64,000 nt of DNA from NCBI GenBank assembly GCA_002269645.1, contig NIVC01003083.1, positions 1 to 64,000 of the forward strand, written 5' to 3'. This DNA is from Macrostomum lignano. Lineage: Eukaryota. Under the pieces are notes generated by a model. That model was given only the letters and a program-made list of their open reading frames with translations, was not told the origin of the DNA and made no database searches. The first letter of the stretch is position 1. Each line of letters opens with the position of its first letter. The position numbers and the translations under genes are program-made. This document shows, piece by piece, positions 60,030 through 64,000 of this stretch.

Positions 60030-63000
60030 GTTCTAGGTAGAATCGACTGTGATTTAGTAGGACCAATCGCACTGAAGAGCAAGAGCGGCAACCGCTACAT
60101 CCTGACCTTGTGCGACACGACGTCGAAGTATCCATTCGCCTACCCGATGAGAAACCAGAAAGCCAGAAAGCCAGGTGTATCCTGCTGGTACACACCGATC
60201 AAGGCACAAACTTCACCGGATCAGCCTTCAAGAAGTTCTGCGACCTGTTTGGCATTCGGCATACGACCAAGACACCGTACAGCCCAGCTTCCAATGGACA
60301 AGTCGAGAACTTCAACAAGCAGCTGAAGAGCGTCCTCACCTGTCTACTCGAGCGCAACCACAACGACTGGGACACCTTTCTCCCGGCCTGTATGATGGCT
60401 CTCCGCTCGTGTCCACCCGGTGACAGATTTCACGCCGCACTACCTGGTGTTTGGCCGCGACTTCCGTCTCCCGATCCACAACGCGTTGAAGAAGCTGCCC
60501 GAGTATGCTGACCTGCCCGACTACGTCAAGGACTTCCAGCGTCGCCTGGACGAGGCGACTGAGCTGGCCAAGGAGCGCCTGCATCTGCATCAGCAACTGC
60601 GAGACGAGCACTACTCAAACCTACCCGCCGCCAAGAAGCTTCAACCCGGTGATCTGGTCTTCATCAACAACCCGGTGCTCGAACCGGACGAGGCAGCGAA
60701 GTTTCTTCGACCTCGCAAAGCACTTTACGAAGTCGTCGAGCCCAAAGGCGAGGTCGTCTACAAGATCCGACGGAGACTGCCCAACCCAAGAGCAAGACGA
60801 GACAAGCTAGTCGTCCATCGCCGGAACCTTCTGCTCGTGCCTGACGCCGACTACAAGAGAACTTCGGACCCCGAAGTCGATAAGCTAAAAAAGCGCCGGC
60901 GACCGCCCGACGTTCCCGACGGTCCAGGACCCGCGACCCTGGCCCCGATCCCCGAGGACGACCAGGACGATCCCGACGATGACGATGGTGACGGCTATGA
61001 CGCAAGGCCGGCCTTCCGATAGCACTTCCGGCCTATAGCGATCCCGGAGGTGCAGCCAGGAGGTGGACCGGTCACGACACCAGCGAACCAGGCAAGTGCA
61101 CTTCGGCGTGAGCCAGTGCCGTATGGTGAATGTCATTTGCACGAGCCTGTTCCTGATGCGTCTATGCCTGCTGTTTCTTTTTCGCCCGTCCCTGCGCCCG
61201 TTCCCCATGATTGCTCAGTCCACGGTCCAGACCCCTGGGCTGTCGCTACGCACCACTCCGGTGGAAGCGCATGAATGACCGGTAGATAGTGGTAGGCCTG
61301 CTAGAAATCGTAGACAGCCTGAACGGTTAATCATTAATCCTAGGGCCAAACCTATGATAGCCGCATTGCCCGCGCCAGCGCCCCGCAATGCGTACGCGTT
61401 TTATCTTCCCATGAGCTGTTGCTCTGATGCAGTTCTGCATCCCCCTTTTCCCCCAGTGACGGGCTCTGCCGGCTGTCTATGGCATCCCGTATATTTAGGC
61501 GCTGTTTTCCGTCGGGCGGGCGCCCCCGAAGACATTTAGGGCGTTAATCATGGCTCTCGCCCAGCCACCTGTTGTACTTGGCCTGTTTGTGGGTTGGCCA
61601 CCCGCCAATACCATCTCTTTTGCTGTTTTAAATAAAGTGTGCGCCGCTTTCACTCCGCCTCTTTATTTGAACGGGGAGAGTGTAGTGGGCCGCCAGTTTG
61701 GTGTCAGGCGTCGCACTATTGTCAGCAGTTTCCCTCGCCCTCGCCCTGGGTTGCTGTCTGCCACTGGGCAGGCTCCCTCCCCATTTTCTGCCTGTTCTCT
61801 GTCGCCCCTCTCCCCTCTTCTCTGCGCTCTTGCTTGCAGCCACGAGCTTCTCTGCTGTGGCCTGCTCTGCGTTTCGTTCCTGTCCTGAGGTCACGCTGGT
61901 GGCCTGTTTCCCTTGTCAGGTGAGCAAGTCACCTGACAAGTCTTGTTTTCTCGAAGTCCGTATTAACTTCCTCAGTCCGTGTTTACTGAGGAATCACGTG
62001 CCCGAGGCCCTTGCGATCTCTAAGGAAAGGAGTGACTCATGTTTCTAAAAATAGACACTGAGTCACAGCCTGGTGCACTCTGCCCGAGGAACCCAAGTGA
62101 CGTCAGTTCTAAAAATAGAACAAAGTCACGAGGTCTTGTGTGGATTGGGGCAGTGGAGAACCCCAGGCTATAAATACGGACCCCCTCACCCTTGGTTCAG
62201 TCAAGGAAGTTCTTAAGTTTCAGTGTTTTCCAGTCTAGTTCTTAGTTTCTCAGTTTCAAAATTTGTCTGACAGTTCTATTGTCCAATCAACTCTCCCTTT
62301 ATTGGCCTGACTAAACTTAGACGCCCAAGCCTAAGGGAGGCTAACACTGCCTTCCCAGCCACCCCCCTGAGCCCGGCGGGATCTGCTGACCAGGATGCCT
62401 TGTTCGTTAATCTGCAAATCTGCAAATCTGTGCGCTGTGCTGAGTTCGTTGACTTGTTTATTTCGTTCAGACGGAAAGCTCACCTCACCGAAGGCCGAGA
62501 CCTGAAGGAACTGGTGGCAGCACTACCTACTCTACTAAGAGCTACGAGGCTTCTGGTTGGGAGGACGGAGAGCCCAAACCACTGTGCTAGATAGCCAGAG
62601 AAGCACAGGTACTACATTGGTGGCAGCGGTGGGATTCAAAGACCTACCAGGCCACCTCGAGACAACCCTCAATATTTCACTTTACATCAAGTTTAAAAGC
62701 AACATAAATCTGAGAGTAAAATTTTAATTGAGACGTAATTTGATTTCTTTGAGTTGCAACTCGCATGCGGTTTTGAGTCAATTTTTCAGACAGGCGGCCC
62801 CGCGGTACCCAACTAGACAGCCGAGAAGCTAGTATATAATTAGTATTGATTAGTAATGATAAGCATTAAAACTTAGATTAGATAAGTTATCAACAGTGAC
62901 CTTGTGGTCCAGGGAGAGTGTAGCGAGTTGTTGCTCGATCAGAATGAAACTGTCCCCTGCAATAAGTTGACAAATATAAGATTTCATTAAATCTAATGTA

Positions 63001-63044
63001 GATACGAGCGTAGCTCCGTTGAATTAGATTTGAGCACGCAAGGT

Positions 63045-64000
63045 TTTCCCTCAGAGAGGTTTTCCCTCAGCGAGGTTTTCCTGCAGCGAGGTTTTCCCTC
63101 AGCAAGGTTTTCCCTCGGCAAGGTTTTAAGGCAGCAAGGTTTTCCCACAGTGAGGTTTTCCCACAGTGAGGTTTTCCCACAGTGAGGTTTACCCTCAGCA
63201 AGGTTTTCCCTCAGTCAGGTTTTCCCTCAGTCAGGTTTTCCCTCAGTCAGGTTTTCCCTCAGTGAGGTTTTCCCACAGTGAGGTTTTCCCACAGTGAGGT
63301 TTTCCCACAGTGAGGTTTTCCCTCAGTGAGGTTTTCCCACAGTGAGGTTTTCCCTCAGTCAGGTTTTCCCTCAGTCAGGTTTTCCCTCAGTCAGGTTTTC
63401 CCTCAGTCAGGTTTTCCCTCAGTGAGGTTTTCCCTCAGTGAGGTTTTCCACAGTGAGGTTTTCCCTCAGTGAGGTTTTCCCACAGTGAGGTTTTCCCACA
63501 GTGAGGTTTACCCTCAGTGAGGTTTTCCCACAGTGAGGTTTTCCCACAGTGAGGTTTTCCCACAGTGAGGTTTTCCCACAGTGAGGTTTTTCCACAGTGA
63601 GGTTTTCCCTCAGTCAGGTTTTCCCTCAGTCAGGTTTTCCCTCAGTGAGGTTTTCCCACAGTGAGGTTTTCCCTCAGTGAGGTTTTCCCACAGTGAGGTT
63701 TTCCCTCAGTCAGGTTTTCCCTCAGTCAGGTTTTCCCTCAGTCAGGTTTTCCCTCAGTCAGGTTTTCCCTCAGTGAGGTTTTTTCCACAGTGAGGTTTTC
63801 CCTCAGTGAGGTTTTCCCACAGTGAGGTTTTCCCTCAGTGAGGTTTTCCCTCAGTGAGGTTTTCCACAGTGAGGTTTTCCCTCAGTGAGGTTTTCCCACA
63901 GTGAGGTTTTCCCTCAGTGAGGTTTTCCCACAGTGAGGTTTTCCCTCAGTGAGGTTTTCCCTCAGTGAGGTTTTCCCACAGTGAGGTTTTCCCTCAGTGA
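63045..64000. repeat. 16-bp minisatellite (gaggttttccc[t/a]cagt) running off the window
   Basis: Direct reading. Confidence 0.97.

Larger units (their letters stand above)
58290..62346 (+). mobile_element. Decayed Ty3/Gypsy LTR retrotransposon: RT fragment, internal deletion (RNase H), integrase, putative PPT and 3' LTR (61681-62346)
   Basis: RT: LDRAQGF*QIPL..TAF..LPMGL..YMDDIVV..KPKKC..YLGYVV. Integrase: DLVGP, TDQGTNF, TPYSPASNGQVENFN. A polypurine gaacggggagag sits directly before TGTAG...CTAACA, with TATA at ~62169. Confidence 0.85.

Overview
Eukaryotic, repeat-rich invertebrate genomic DNA with GT-AG introns, GC-rich exons and minisatellite-filled introns. This resembles a Macrostomum-type flatworm, but the species is only an inference. 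Left part: a minus-strand cluster (~4.6-12 kb) with an intact, 3-exon KDZ (Kyakuja-Dileera-Zisupton) transposase, a double-C2H2 zinc-finger ORF and a spliced C2H2-ZnF + KMT5A/PR-Set7-like SET gene. This is a candidate transposon carrying its own histone methyltransferase. Then come a 159-bp higher-order satellite, a tRNA-derived SINE, a secreted PAN-PAN-fibrinogen-domain gene and a 5'-truncated RT-RNaseH LINE with a 15-bp TSD. The middle holds a complete 8-exon MAP4K3/5-like kinase (kinase + polyQ + CNH). Its intron 1 holds two MITE copies (14-bp TIR, 8-bp TSD) that each carry a ~60-nt piece of 28S rRNA spanning the R2/I-PpoI target site. Right part: two small type-I membrane ORFs, LINE fragments, MITEs, and a decayed Gypsy element with two nested 8-bp-TSD DNA elements (the inner one P/THAP-like). 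Exon boundaries and TSDs were read by eye; no database searches were run.
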